From the IMG/VR virus record IMGVR_UViG_3300025168_000093, positions 1 through 59,526 of that record: a stretch of 59,526 bases of DNA, one strand, 5' to 3'. The translations under genes were made by a program, and so were the position numbers. The notes under the pieces are model-generated. The model was not told the DNA's origin, searched no databases, and was given only the letters and a program-made list of their open reading frames with translations. The DNA comes from a virus (lineage: Duplodnaviria; Caudoviricetes). Each line of letters begins with the position of its first letter. The stretch's first letter is position 1. This document shows, piece after piece, positions 16,244 to 26,142 of the stretch.

Positions 16244-19200
16244 GTGATATGGTTGATAGAAAAAGATTATTCCATACACTTGAGGGCTAGAGATGATTTC
16301 TTTAAGAGTCTATTACTAAGCAACGAGTTTGGCGATGAAGCAATTCATTATCTAGAAAGTTTGCAAAATTTAAAACATAAAGGTTTTATTTTACAAAAGA
16401 ATTTTTTTGATGATATATGTTATTCACAAGCATCTATTTTGAAAGAGGTAGAGGGCTACACAAGTAATTGGGAAGCAAAAAACCGTCTGACGGATAGAAG
16501 TCCCGGCTCTCAAGAACACAAAACTTTGTCAAGCAGGGCTTCTTTACTGGATAATGTGAATCATATATGGTCTGATAGTATGGTAGACCAAAATGATGAA
16601 ATTAGTGAATTTGCAGCAAGGTGGCCCGAATCACGTTTTGATGGAGGAAGTAGATATAAACATCATCCGCATCATAAAGATATACACTCTCTAAGAAGAA
16701 AAAATTCTAAAACCGGTAGAAGTAATATGATAGAAGAACTAAGAGGTTACTACCTTCCTTCCGATGGAGGATTGAGTCGTGCAGCACTAGATGATGAAAG
16801 AGACTCTAAAATAGAAGAATATTATAAAGAACATAAAACTATTAGAGGGGTCACAAAAGCCATAACAAAAGAAAAGTTTAGCCCTTTTTTAAATTCTTTG
16901 AAAACCACCGCTGCTGGTACTGGAACCAAAGAGCACGCAGGAACATTTCAAAACAGTCTTTATGAAAGAGCATATAATAGATGGAGACAGTCACCAAAAG
17001 CAGAAGAAGCAATAAAATCAGGTATAAGCGATAGACAACTGAGAGAGCAACACTTTGAAGATGCAGCAGATTTATGGGAAAGTGATGATTACCAAAAAAC
17101 ACAAAAAATGGTAGAGAAAGATATTGAAGGTTACAATGATTATAAAGAATCGTTAGAGGTCTCAACAAAACACCCACATCGTCTAGGTTGGTTAGGTCAT
17201 AAACTTGGTTTAGAGTGGTTGGAACCTAAAGAAAGAACCGAAGTTGTAGAACATTTAATGAAGAATGGAGCGCATAAAGTGGATGGTCAGATAAAATTAT
17301 CTACAGGTTTAACCATACCTTTAGGTAGAGTTATTAGAAATATGATGACAAGAGGAGACCAAGAATACAAACATTCCCAAGGAGAACATTCTAGGGGATT
17401 GCCAAATTTACCACATCATCAAAATATAGATGACATTCAGGAAGATGAAAAACCTTTTACTGATGGAAAAATGAGAACTGTTCTCTCCACTACAAGAGTG
17501 AACAACAAGAAAAAGCAGAAACTAACAGATTTCATGTTGGACTATTACAACGATTTAATTGATTGGAACCAAGGTGATACTTTTGAAAAAAGAAGTACAT
17601 CCAAAGGTATAAATCAAGTGCCTATATTTAATGAAGACGATACTAAGAAAATTAAAGATATGATGAATGAATTGATGTCGGATGAGCAGGGTGATAACAA
17701 AATGAATGAGAGAGAGGCATTGAAATATGCTTTGATGTATCATAAGAAGTACGATAGTGGTTCAACTAAAACTAATTTAAAACCCAATGTGACCCTTGAA
17801 GATATTAAAAAATATACCTCATTAACAGAAGAACACCCATTGAGTAATATACTTAGAGTAAGTAAAGAAAACCCTATCTTTGCTTTAGATGAAGATGATG
17901 ATAAAAGTCTTGAAGCGTCAACTGAAAATTTTTACAAAACTTTGGAAAATAAAGCAGTAGATTTACAAACTATTGCAGAGGATTCTAAAGATATAAATAA
18001 TGTTTTAAGTATCTATAGGAATACACACGGGCCTGATATAAATTCTTTAAACGATAAAGAAAGACAACTCTATGAATCCAAAGACGGAAGACTTCTCGGT
18101 AGAGGTTCATATTGGGGACATCATTTTCAAAATGGAAGCAGTCCTATGTCTAATGGAACATGGTGGGATAAAATAAGCAGCATGCTACCGGGTTTCTTTG
18201 GTGAAATGACAGATAGCGGTTTTATACCTAGGAGCGATATGCATTCTCTTATAGGTAATATGGTAAAAGATATCAAAGACCCTCATCAAGAGTCTCCTGC
18301 TTCATTGGGTCAGTTAATGGGACATCATGATGCATCTTCTCCTATTAGTAGAAAAACATCGAGGGAAAGAAAGACTCGTAGTCGTGCAAGAAATAAACAC
18401 AACGGTGAATCAGCAGCACATACTTTTGCTCCTGATATTAATAGAGCCCTAATTGATAATCCCGATGGAAATTTTAGTGGTAATCTTCATGTCGCTTCAG
18501 GTGAATTAGATGCTCACCTTTTACATCATAATTGGGGCTCAATGACCGGTGCAGAGGTTGGTAGTGTTGTGGACACACATCTTGCTCATAATTCTTCTAG
18601 TCTTTTTAGAGATTATATTTTTGGTGGTCATTTTATCAAACCGGGTGATAAAGACCCTGAAACAGGCAGAGTTTTAACGGGCTCTCCTAAAATGAGGTTT
18701 AGCATTAAAGACATATTAAGTGGAAAGTATGATGAATCAATACCTTCTTATCAATTACAAGAAGAATTTGATGATGTGTTCCAAGAAAATCAGGATAGAA
18801 ATAATAAAACAAGTGATTTGAATGACAATAAAGAATTTTTACTTACTGGTAATGTGAAACAAAAAGATAACCAAAATCTGCTTACCTCATTAAATAATAA
18901 GAATCTAGATAGTCTTCAACTTTTACAAGAAAATGCCTATGATATGATGAGCGCAATTAAAGACTTTGAAGAATCAAAATCGCCTGATGGTTCTTTTGGA
19001 GACTCTAGATATTGGAGTTTTAAACAAATAGAATCCTATGATGCTTTCATGGCTTCAGACGAAGGAAGGAAAATGTTAGAAGATTTCGGTAATAATAACA
19101 TTCATTTGAATGACTACAAAGGTGCTACTGAAAAAGATATAAAGAATCATTATATTACAATGATAAAAGATAATATGACAAAACAATTAGAACAAATGAA

Positions 19201-21691
19201 AGAGGACCATACAGATATTACTAATAAATTAAATGAAAATTTATCTTTTGAGAATCAAAGAAGTTTAGATAAAACAGGTATAAGAGGAGGAAATTCAAGA
19301 CTTCAAGATATGGAAGAGATGAAAATGGCAAATGAAAAAGCGAGAATGGAAATTGCGAAAACTAAGATAATGCCTGAAATGTTAAAAATAGACCCCGAAG
19401 CCTTTAATCCAAACGACCCTACCAAATGTGCGATAAATATGTCGCAAGCAATGCACGATGCTGAATTATATCTTATGCATGTGCCTCATTCAGAACACGG
19501 TATGACCACATCGAATTACATACTTGGAGAACCCGAAACAAAATCTCTTACAACGGTTGGGGATAACACTAATTCGGACCATTCTTTTGCTAACCAATCA
19601 AAACATCTTAGAGAAAATGGAGTAGCATTACATCCAAATCTTACAGCAGAAGAAGCGCTAATAAAACTTAATTTACCAAATGATGCTGAACATCAAAAAT
19701 ATATTAAAAATATATTAGATGATATGGGTGGTGAAAGGAGATTCATGACTATGGGACAAATTTCTTCATTACATCCTAACTCTCCTTTTAATTATGGTAA
19801 AATAGCAGAAGACCCTCATCACGCTCATGACGCTATAGATGATTTAGCATTGGAGTCTAAGAGATTAATTACAGAGGAAAGGCAACAAGGAAACGCTGTA
19901 AATAATAAAAAACACATAAGAGAATTTAATTCTACCAACCCCATTTATAAATTCTTAAATAGATTACAGCGTGAATATAAAGTAGGCGGAGAAGTAGAAT
20001 TAGGTAATCATGGATTAACTCATCATGCGCTAAAAAGAGGTTTTTATGGTGATGAAACAGGTAAAAATAAAAGCGGTAATAGAACATATAATGAAAATAT
20101 GGCAAAAAGATACGCTACTGAATTAATTTCTTTTGATGAAGGTAAATTTAACGAAGGAGATATTGAAACAATAGAACAGACCCCAATAGGAAGAGGTAGA
20201 AGTGAAATACATCCTAATATTGCTGGTAAGGGCACACCAATAAATGCATATTACACATCACCGGGTTTTAGATTGCATCATGGTGTAGAGATGGGTGCGC
20301 CTTCTGCTAGTATGAATATTAATTTTAATGGAGATATTACTTGGGGTGATAAGACTATTTCTTCACCTTCTGTTATGCCTTCGGAATTTGTTCAGCAAGG
20401 ACTTTTAGGTGCAGAAACATGGCAAAATTTTCAACAAAATGCCACAACAGAAGGTTTCAATTTTGGTAACACTGTGAGTAATTCTGAAAGAGTGACACAA
20501 GAAGAACCCATATCGGAACTAAATTCAAATCTACAAACAATCACTAAAGCCGACTTGCCCAAAGAAATGCCTTTGATAGAACCCTATCACAAAATATTTG
20601 AAGTTGAAGACTTAGAACAACTAAGAGGATTCACTGGAGAATGGGTAGCAAGTATCTTGGAAGAAGGAGAAAGAATAAAAATAACTAGAAAATCTAGTTT
20701 CTTGGATGTAAAGAATACTGAAAACGAAAAAGTGGGTCTTAGTGATGATGAAAAAATATCACTGAGAAAGTTAGGTAAAAAGAACTATGTTATGGACGCA
20801 ATTAAGAATGAAAGAGGTATACACATTTTTGATATAATGCATTATGATGATAATGATGTTACAGATATGGACACTAGGGAACGCATCAAATTACTTCGTG
20901 GACAATTCGATAGTCATGAAAGAGTCATGATACCCGGACCTTCAAATTTGAAAATAATTGATGAAGAAGGTTTAGAGGATGCTGTAAAAAACCTAAACCT
21001 AGAAAACAAAGAAGGTAAAATCTTACTTAGAGATGCTAAATCAACTTATATGAAAGGGGAAGAAAAGCATCCAAAATGGGTTTTGTTGACAAAATCCGAT
21101 GATGAATTCCATATTCCTTTTGGTATGGAATTAGAGGATAATAATTTCATTATACATTTTGACCACGATGTCATAAAATACGATATAGTTGAAAATCAAG
21201 CAGAAAACCCTCGTTCTGCTTTAGGCGAATTAAATCAAAGAGATTATACATTACTTTTGGCTAAATCTCTTGAATCATATTGGAAACCATCTTTAGATGT
21301 AATGTTGAAAGAACAGAAAAAGATGCACGAAAGTGAAAGTGAAGATGAAAGTGAAGATGAAAGTGAAGATGAACAAATAGAAGAAGAAAGCGCTGGAATA
21401 ATTAAACCGGATGACCCTAATAATATATCTAAACCGGATTATAAGAAAGCGATAGATGTTTTAGAGAGAGTTTTAGATGCTATTGAAAAAGGTCATTTTC
21501 CTATGACAGCGGGTAAAGGTTTAGGAATTGATGTAGGAAGCGATATAGCGAGCCCTAGAGGTCCTACTAAATTGACTCATGAGTCTACTCTTCCTGATTG
21601 GGATATGAAAGAACGCTCTACTCAAGACCCTGAGAAACCTGAAGATTACCCTAAAAAGAAGAAAATACCTTCGCAGTCTATCGAATCTTAG
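16244..21691 (+). CDS. ~1800-aa head-module protein with C-terminal degenerate ATP-dependent DNA ligase (nucleotidyltransferase) fold
   Basis: Ligase-like motifs in order: GEWVASILEEGER (I), YVMDA (III), IHIFDIMHY (IIIa), ERIKLL, GKILLRDAKSTY (IV), KWVLL (V). Probable start TTG16253 after GAGGTGA. Confidence 0.75.
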   Translation: MIWLIEKDYSIHLRARDDFFKSLLLSNEFGDEAIHYLESLQNLKHKGFILQKNFFDDICYSQASILKEVEGYTSNWEAKNRLTDRSPGSQEHKTLSSRASLLDNVNHIWSDSMVDQNDEISEFAARWPESRFDGGSRYKHHPHHKDIHSLRRKNSKTGRSNMIEELRGYYLPSDGGLSRAALDDERDSKIEEYYKEHKTIRGVTKAITKEKFSPFLNSLKTTAAGTGTKEHAGTFQNSLYERAYNRWRQSPKAEEAIKSGISDRQLREQHFEDAADLWESDDYQKTQKMVEKDIEGYNDYKESLEVSTKHPHRLGWLGHKLGLEWLEPKERTEVVEHLMKNGAHKVDGQIKLSTGLTIPLGRVIRNMMTRGDQEYKHSQGEHSRGLPNLPHHQNIDDIQEDEKPFTDGKMRTVLSTTRVNNKKKQKLTDFMLDYYNDLIDWNQGDTFEKRSTSKGINQVPIFNEDDTKKIKDMMNELMSDEQGDNKMNEREALKYALMYHKKYDSGSTKTNLKPNVTLEDIKKYTSLTEEHPLSNILRVSKENPIFALDEDDDKSLEASTENFYKTLENKAVDLQTIAEDSKDINNVLSIYRNTHGPDINSLNDKERQLYESKDGRLLGRGSYWGHHFQNGSSPMSNGTWWDKISSMLPGFFGEMTDSGFIPRSDMHSLIGNMVKDIKDPHQESPASLGQLMGHHDASSPISRKTSRERKTRSRARNKHNGESAAHTFAPDINRALIDNPDGNFSGNLHVASGELDAHLLHHNWGSMTGAEVGSVVDTHLAHNSSSLFRDYIFGGHFIKPGDKDPETGRVLTGSPKMRFSIKDILSGKYDESIPSYQLQEEFDDVFQENQDRNNKTSDLNDNKEFLLTGNVKQKDNQNLLTSLNNKNLDSLQLLQENAYDMMSAIKDFEESKSPDGSFGDSRYWSFKQIESYDAFMASDEGRKMLEDFGNNNIHLNDYKGATEKDIKNHYITMIKDNMTKQLEQMKEDHTDITNKLNENLSFENQRSLDKTGIRGGNSRLQDMEEMKMANEKARMEIAKTKIMPEMLKIDPEAFNPNDPTKCAINMSQAMHDAELYLMHVPHSEHGMTTSNYILGEPETKSLTTVGDNTNSDHSFANQSKHLRENGVALHPNLTAEEALIKLNLPNDAEHQKYIKNILDDMGGERRFMTMGQISSLHPNSPFNYGKIAEDPHHAHDAIDDLALESKRLITEERQQGNAVNNKKHIREFNSTNPIYKFLNRLQREYKVGGEVELGNHGLTHHALKRGFYGDETGKNKSGNRTYNENMAKRYATELISFDEGKFNEGDIETIEQTPIGRGRSEIHPNIAGKGTPINAYYTSPGFRLHHGVEMGAPSASMNINFNGDITWGDKTISSPSVMPSEFVQQGLLGAETWQNFQQNATTEGFNFGNTVSNSERVTQEEPISELNSNLQTITKADLPKEMPLIEPYHKIFEVEDLEQLRGFTGEWVASILEEGERIKITRKSSFLDVKNTENEKVGLSDDEKISLRKLGKKNYVMDAIKNERGIHIFDIMHYDDNDVTDMDTRERIKLLRGQFDSHERVMIPGPSNLKIIDEEGLEDAVKNLNLENKEGKILLRDAKSTYMKGEEKHPKWVLLTKSDDEFHIPFGMELEDNNFIIHFDHDVIKYDIVENQAENPRSALGELNQRDYTLLLAKSLESYWKPSLDVMLKEQKKMHESESEDESEDESEDEQIEEESAGIIKPDDPNNISKPDYKKAIDVLERVLDAIEKGHFPMTAGKGLGIDVGSDIASPRGPTKLTHESTLPDWDMKERSTQDPEKPEDYPKKKKIPSQSIES
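21335..21370 (+). repeat. 12-bp coding tandem repeat (GAAAGTGAAGAT x3; ESED)
   Basis: Read directly; acidic linker. Confidence 0.9.
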
Positions 21692-21714
21692 TTTTCTAAA
21701 GATTATTACATTTC

Positions 21715-21757
21715 GCGCTTAGTTCATATATCATTACATGACGTTCCTGTAAATAGT
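21715..21757 (+). promoter_or_regulatory. Putative archaeal-type promoter for the protease/capsid operon
   Basis: TTCATATAT at about 21723-21731, roughly 27-35 nt upstream of GTG21758, with no SD sequence (leaderless-type arrangement). Confidence 0.4.
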
Positions 21758-23131
21758 GTGCTTACCGCAGAGCGATTATACGGACATGATGAGTCCATCT
21801 CCATCCTTAAGGCAGGGAGCGACCTCATCATTGCTGGATATGCCAGTGTGGAACTAGTAGACAAACAAGGCGATTTAATAACAAGGGAGGCATTGAAGGA
21901 CGGATTTCGGAAATTTATGAGTGACCCGAAATATAGAAATGTCCAGTTAGCCCACAGTAATATTCAAGTTGGAGAAGTAGTACCTACATATACAGATACA
22001 GAAGGGAGGTTGTGGAAAAGCGAAGTTGATGATGTCGGAATGTTTGTTGTTATACAACTTAGAGACGACATCGAAAAATCACGAGAAGTAGCCGCCGAAA
22101 TTCGGAAAGGCAAATTACGAGGGTTTAGTATTGGAGGACAAGCATTCAAGCGAGTTAGAAAATCTGACCCAAAACATGGAGATTACCAAGAGATAAGTAA
22201 ATTGGAACTACATGAGATAACAATATGTGAAAAAGGTATCAACCCGGAAGCAACATTTAGAATTCTAAAACAGGAAACTGATTCAGAAAAAAATATAAAA
22301 AATAAGGTGACAAAAATGACAGAAACAGATGTAACAACGCAACTTGGCGATGTACTTGCACGCTTAGAAGGCCGATTAGACAGCATGGAGAAAGGAATGC
22401 CTCCTGCACTAAAAGAAGCCATCGAAGCAAAGAAAGACAAAGCCGATGATAAGAAAGACGACGAAAAGAAGTCGGAAGAAGTAGAAAAATCAGAATACTC
22501 TGATGTAATCACTTCTGAATATCTAGATTGGATGGAATCAACACTAAAATCATCAGGTGTTGATATAGACGGTGCTAGAGACCACTTCGATGACCTTAAC
22601 AAGGCGAACTTAGGTTCTTCGCCCGATAAACTAGACTTAGAATACGGTCAGACAAAGAACAGGGAGCAAGAAAATGGTAAACCATCAACTAATGCAATAT
22701 CCCGTACTACCGGTTCAGGTGGAAAAGCAAAGAAAGAAGTTAAGAAATCTGACTTCTTATCTCCAACAGGAGTTTCTGAATCTGATATAGAAGCAGCATA
22801 TGAAGTATACAAGGCTGCATCATTAGAACAAGAATTCCGAGGTTCATTAGAATCTAACTTTGCTTCACGTTACGCTTCAGAGCGTCAATCAGAAGTTGCT
22901 AAAGCAGAAGCAGCAGCATATGATGCACGTGGACCTTTAGATGACATAACAAAAGCAATCACTGCACTTTCAGAGCGCATTGATTCTATTACTACACCTA
23001 ACACAGAAGGTACTACTTTAGCAAAATCTGCTCCAGTACCTGCATTAGAAATTCCTTCAACTGCTGACATGCACAAAATGTCTTGGGACGAAGTACATCA
23101 AATGGCTGACACAGCGTTTAGAGGGGAGTGA
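21758..23131 (+). CDS. Prohead protease (HK97-type) fused to scaffold domain
   Basis: IAGYASVELVDKQGD, catalytic His region AHSNIQVG, Ser motif LRGFSIGG, LHEITIC..GINPEA; acidic coiled-coil C-terminal half; directly upstream of the MCP gene. Confidence 0.92.
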   Translation: MLTAERLYGHDESISILKAGSDLIIAGYASVELVDKQGDLITREALKDGFRKFMSDPKYRNVQLAHSNIQVGEVVPTYTDTEGRLWKSEVDDVGMFVVIQLRDDIEKSREVAAEIRKGKLRGFSIGGQAFKRVRKSDPKHGDYQEISKLELHEITICEKGINPEATFRILKQETDSEKNIKNKVTKMTETDVTTQLGDVLARLEGRLDSMEKGMPPALKEAIEAKKDKADDKKDDEKKSEEVEKSEYSDVITSEYLDWMESTLKSSGVDIDGARDHFDDLNKANLGSSPDKLDLEYGQTKNREQENGKPSTNAISRTTGSGGKAKKEVKKSDFLSPTGVSESDIEAAYEVYKAASLEQEFRGSLESNFASRYASERQSEVAKAEAAAYDARGPLDDITKAITALSERIDSITTPNTEGTTLAKSAPVPALEIPSTADMHKMSWDEVHQMADTAFRGE

Positions 23132-23136
23132 ATAAT

Positions 23137-24270
23137 ATGGCAAGAGATTACGTACGAACAATAACAGATATGGAAAGATACTACTATGGTGCAGGTAACG
23201 CAATGGGTTACTCATACTCCGGTAGTGAACTACTGAAAGCAGACAGCCCTATGATGTCAACAACCGCTGGTACTTACCAAGCGATTTACGGCAGAAAGGT
23301 TTGGTCACAATTAAATCAAGAATTTAACGCTTTCTCAATACTACCTAAGAAACCTTGGGATAGAAGCGGATGGCGTGTTATTACTGGAAAGCCAAATGGT
23401 GGAGCACTTCATGGCGGAGTTGCAGAAAACGCAACACTACCTGAGACAGTAAAACCTACTTTCCAGCATGTTGCTGCTAAACCAAAGACTATCGCACACA
23501 CATTCGATATGTCTGAGACAGCAATTTTCCTAGCAGACCGTGACGATGGAATGGGCGATATACGCTCAGTTCTTAAAGAAGAAATGGGTAAGCACCACGC
23601 AGAAATGGTTAACAAAATGTTACTAACTGATGTGAGCACTGCTGCTGCAAACAACTTTGAGTCATTAGACCGAATTACTACAGGTAATACAAACATGGTA
23701 TCAGGTACTCACTACGATGCAGGCGATGAAGACATCTACTCAATCGACCGAAGTAGCAACACATGGTCCTTTGCTGAAGATAACGCAGATGGAAGCAGTG
23801 TTAACAGAACACTGTCACTAGACCACCTAGATACTCTTTTCCAACAAATTTGGGAACGTGGTGGAAATCCAAAAGTTATTCTAACAGGATATGACACTTT
23901 GATGAGACTACAACAACTATTGCAGTCACAACAAAGATTCATGGAAGAGAAGAGAGTTACCCCAACATACAATGGAGTAAAGGGTGTACCCGGCATAGAG
24001 GCTGGTTTCATCGTTGCTACATACAATGGAGTACCAATCATCCCTACCAAAGATATGCCCGATGACGGTGCTATTAGTAGAATGTATTTCTTAGATACTG
24101 ATTACATGCACTTCAGCACAGCAATTCCAACACAATACTTTGAGAGCGGTATCGAAACAGGAGACCCTTTCGCAATTAACAGATTAGGCCAAGAAGGACT
24201 ATACCGAACCATGGGTGAAGTATGGACTACTTTCTTTGGTGCTCAAGGTTCAGTGAGGGACCTAAAATAA
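23137..24270 (+). CDS. Major capsid protein (HK97 fold)
   Basis: Position after the protease; about 377 aa; motifs GGVAENATLP, KPKTIAHTF, ATYNGVPII typical of archaeal tailed-virus MCPs. Track start GTG23128. Confidence 0.92.
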   Translation: MARDYVRTITDMERYYYGAGNAMGYSYSGSELLKADSPMMSTTAGTYQAIYGRKVWSQLNQEFNAFSILPKKPWDRSGWRVITGKPNGGALHGGVAENATLPETVKPTFQHVAAKPKTIAHTFDMSETAIFLADRDDGMGDIRSVLKEEMGKHHAEMVNKMLLTDVSTAAANNFESLDRITTGNTNMVSGTHYDAGDEDIYSIDRSSNTWSFAEDNADGSSVNRTLSLDHLDTLFQQIWERGGNPKVILTGYDTLMRLQQLLQSQQRFMEEKRVTPTYNGVKGVPGIEAGFIVATYNGVPIIPTKDMPDDGAISRMYFLDTDYMHFSTAIPTQYFESGIETGDPFAINRLGQEGLYRTMGEVWTTFFGAQGSVRDLK

Positions 24271-24287
24271 ACAGGAGGCGATGAATT

Positions 24288-24731
24288 ATGGCAGATACAA
24301 ACATATACACAACAAGCGGAAGTGCGGTATTTACGGAGGATTTTTCTCTTGACTTATACGCAGGAACATCAGTAGACGACACAGCATGGTTAGATGGTGG
24401 AGCAGCAGCGGACGCATATCCGGGCTCTCTCACAGGCTTCCAAGCAAAGAATACCAACACAACAGATGCACCGGGTGGTGCAAAGTTGATATGTGGTAGA
24501 TTTACAACAGCATTGGTTAACGATGAAACACTTACAATCACATCAACAACAACAGCAAGTGGTGCTACAATTAGCACAGCACACAAAATTAAGGCAATAG
24601 TAATTGGAGACAATTCTACAGCGGCAGCAGGTGTAACACTTAAACAAGCAATCAGCGCTGCTGGTGTTGCTACATTCAAAGTAACTGGAACATCTGATGC
24701 TCTAGTTTCATGCTGGATGATTGTGGAATAA
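24288..24731 (+). CDS. Putative capsid decoration / virion structural protein
   Basis: Immediately after the MCP; Ala/Thr/Gly-rich beta composition; GGAGG RBS. Confidence 0.6.
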   Translation: MADTNIYTTSGSAVFTEDFSLDLYAGTSVDDTAWLDGGAAADAYPGSLTGFQAKNTNTTDAPGGAKLICGRFTTALVNDETLTITSTTTASGATISTAHKIKAIVIGDNSTAAAGVTLKQAISAAGVATFKVTGTSDALVSCWMIVE

Positions 24732-24742
24732 GGTTTTTCTAT

Positions 24743-25138
24743 ATGCCTAGTCTAAAGTATAACGGTCCTTCCTTCTACCGAAGAAGCCCTGATGTATACA
24801 CCCCTGATTTCACTAGAGGTGAAGTTAGAGATGTATCTCAGGGTTGGGTTGATACTTATAGAAGATTTTTAGTAGAACCGGCATGGACTCTCATGGGTGA
24901 CGAAGCACTGCATAACGATGCAGGTAGTGACGGAATCCCTGATGGCGAATGGCGAAGAAGCGAAATTCTTTCTTGGCTTGCAGAACGTGGTATGGTACCT
25001 TCGGGTGCTTACAGTACAAAGAGTACACTTCTAAATATGGTTGAAGAACATACAACACCTTCACCAGTTTTAGAAATCCCTGCTCCTGTATTAGCGGATG
25101 TAGTTGAAGACGAAGCAGTAGAAACAATAACGGAGTGA
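24743..25138 (+). CDS. Hypothetical protein with small helix-extended-helix-like motif
   Basis: Probable start ATG24743 (MPSLKYNGP); WRRSEILSWLAERG...TKSTLLNMV. Confidence 0.6.
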   Translation: MPSLKYNGPSFYRRSPDVYTPDFTRGEVRDVSQGWVDTYRRFLVEPAWTLMGDEALHNDAGSDGIPDGEWRRSEILSWLAERGMVPSGAYSTKSTLLNMVEEHTTPSPVLEIPAPVLADVVEDEAVETITE

Positions 25139-25144
25139 TAAATT

Positions 25145-25432
25145 ATGACACAGACACAAACAACAGATGCAAGACCCCACGTGATGGGTAACATGATGAT
25201 GGTAACAGGAACATTTACCAATACAGGTTCAGAAGTAGCGACTACCATAGACTTGTCAGGACTTTTAGCAAGCATAGCAGCAGGTGGCGCTAATGCACTT
25301 AGCACAACCGCTGGAACCGGTAGTGGACAAGATGGGGTGTTCGCATCTATCAACGCCGCTACGCCTTCGCTCGTGTTAAACCACGTTGCAGGTCAAGACG
25401 GAACTTGGTGGGCACTAGGAAACCGCTCTTGA
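25145..25432 (+). CDS. Small virion structural protein
   Basis: 95 aa, beta/Gly-Thr-rich, ends DGTWWALG; GGAGTGA RBS. Confidence 0.65.
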   Translation: MTQTQTTDARPHVMGNMMMVTGTFTNTGSEVATTIDLSGLLASIAAGGANALSTTAGTGSGQDGVFASINAATPSLVLNHVAGQDGTWWALGNRS

Positions 25433-25445
25433 GGCGGTGACTTAA

Positions 25446-25646
25446 GTGGCTAACATAGCAACATCATACAAAATTATAGGACCCTTTTCACCAAGGGAAT
25501 TTGAAAACCTGAGTACCCTGACCACTGCAATTAATACAGCGGCAGGGACTCTAGGTGAAAGTAGCGATACTAACACGTTGATAGACTCGGTATCTATTAA
25601 AATTTTAGGAAACATTTTTATTAAACTAACATGGGTCGTGACTTAA
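25446..25646 (+). CDS. Small structural protein, paralog A
   Basis: GGCGGTGA RBS; YKIIGPFSPREF motif shared with the next gene. Confidence 0.7.
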   Translation: MANIATSYKIIGPFSPREFENLSTLTTAINTAAGTLGESSDTNTLIDSVSIKILGNIFIKLTWVVT

Positions 25647-25647
25647 T

Positions 25648-25842
25648 ATGGCTGTTATAGACCCCAAGTTCAAAATTATTGGACCTTTTAGTCCAAAAGA
25701 GTTCTCTAATACAACTACTTTAGCAGCAGCAGTAGATGCAGCAGCAGGTAGTTTAACATCTGCTACATCAACTACGAGTTTAGTAGCCTCAGAACTTATA
25801 GAGGTTTTAGGTAACGTATACATTATAATAACATACACATGA
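25648..25842 (+). CDS. Small structural protein, paralog B
   Basis: FKIIGPFSPKEF; collinear with the previous gene. Confidence 0.7.
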   Translation: MAVIDPKFKIIGPFSPKEFSNTTTLAAAVDAAAGSLTSATSTTSLVASELIEVLGNVYIIITYT

Positions 25843-25854
25843 GGGGGGATTAAA

Positions 25855-26142
25855 ATGAGCGGTTTTCAATTACAGTCTATGGATATAGAAGACATAGAGA
25901 GAGCACAGAAACAAAATGTCCTTAGTGATATTAAGTATCAAGCAAACATAGTTCATGATACAGAAAGCCCTCTAAAAGGTGCAATCAGTAAACAAAGAGC
26001 AAATGCTCGTAAAGCAGCAGATGTGCTAAACATCGGTAGCGGCACTAGATGCTCTAGTTGTGGTTTACTACATTTTATGTGGAGAGAAAATTGTGGTTCT
26101 TGTAGAAAACCTATGAATTTTAACATGGGGGTTAGAGAATGA
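25855..26142 (+). CDS. Zn-ribbon protein
   Basis: CSSC-x10-CGSC at the C-terminus. Confidence 0.75.
   Translation: MSGFQLQSMDIEDIERAQKQNVLSDIKYQANIVHDTESPLKGAISKQRANARKAADVLNIGSGTRCSSCGLLHFMWRENCGSCRKPMNFNMGVRE

Noticed and set aside
20549-21270. Active DNA ligase gene
   Set aside because: The motif I lysine is absent (LEEGER instead of KxDGxR), so it is reported as a pseudo-ligase instead.
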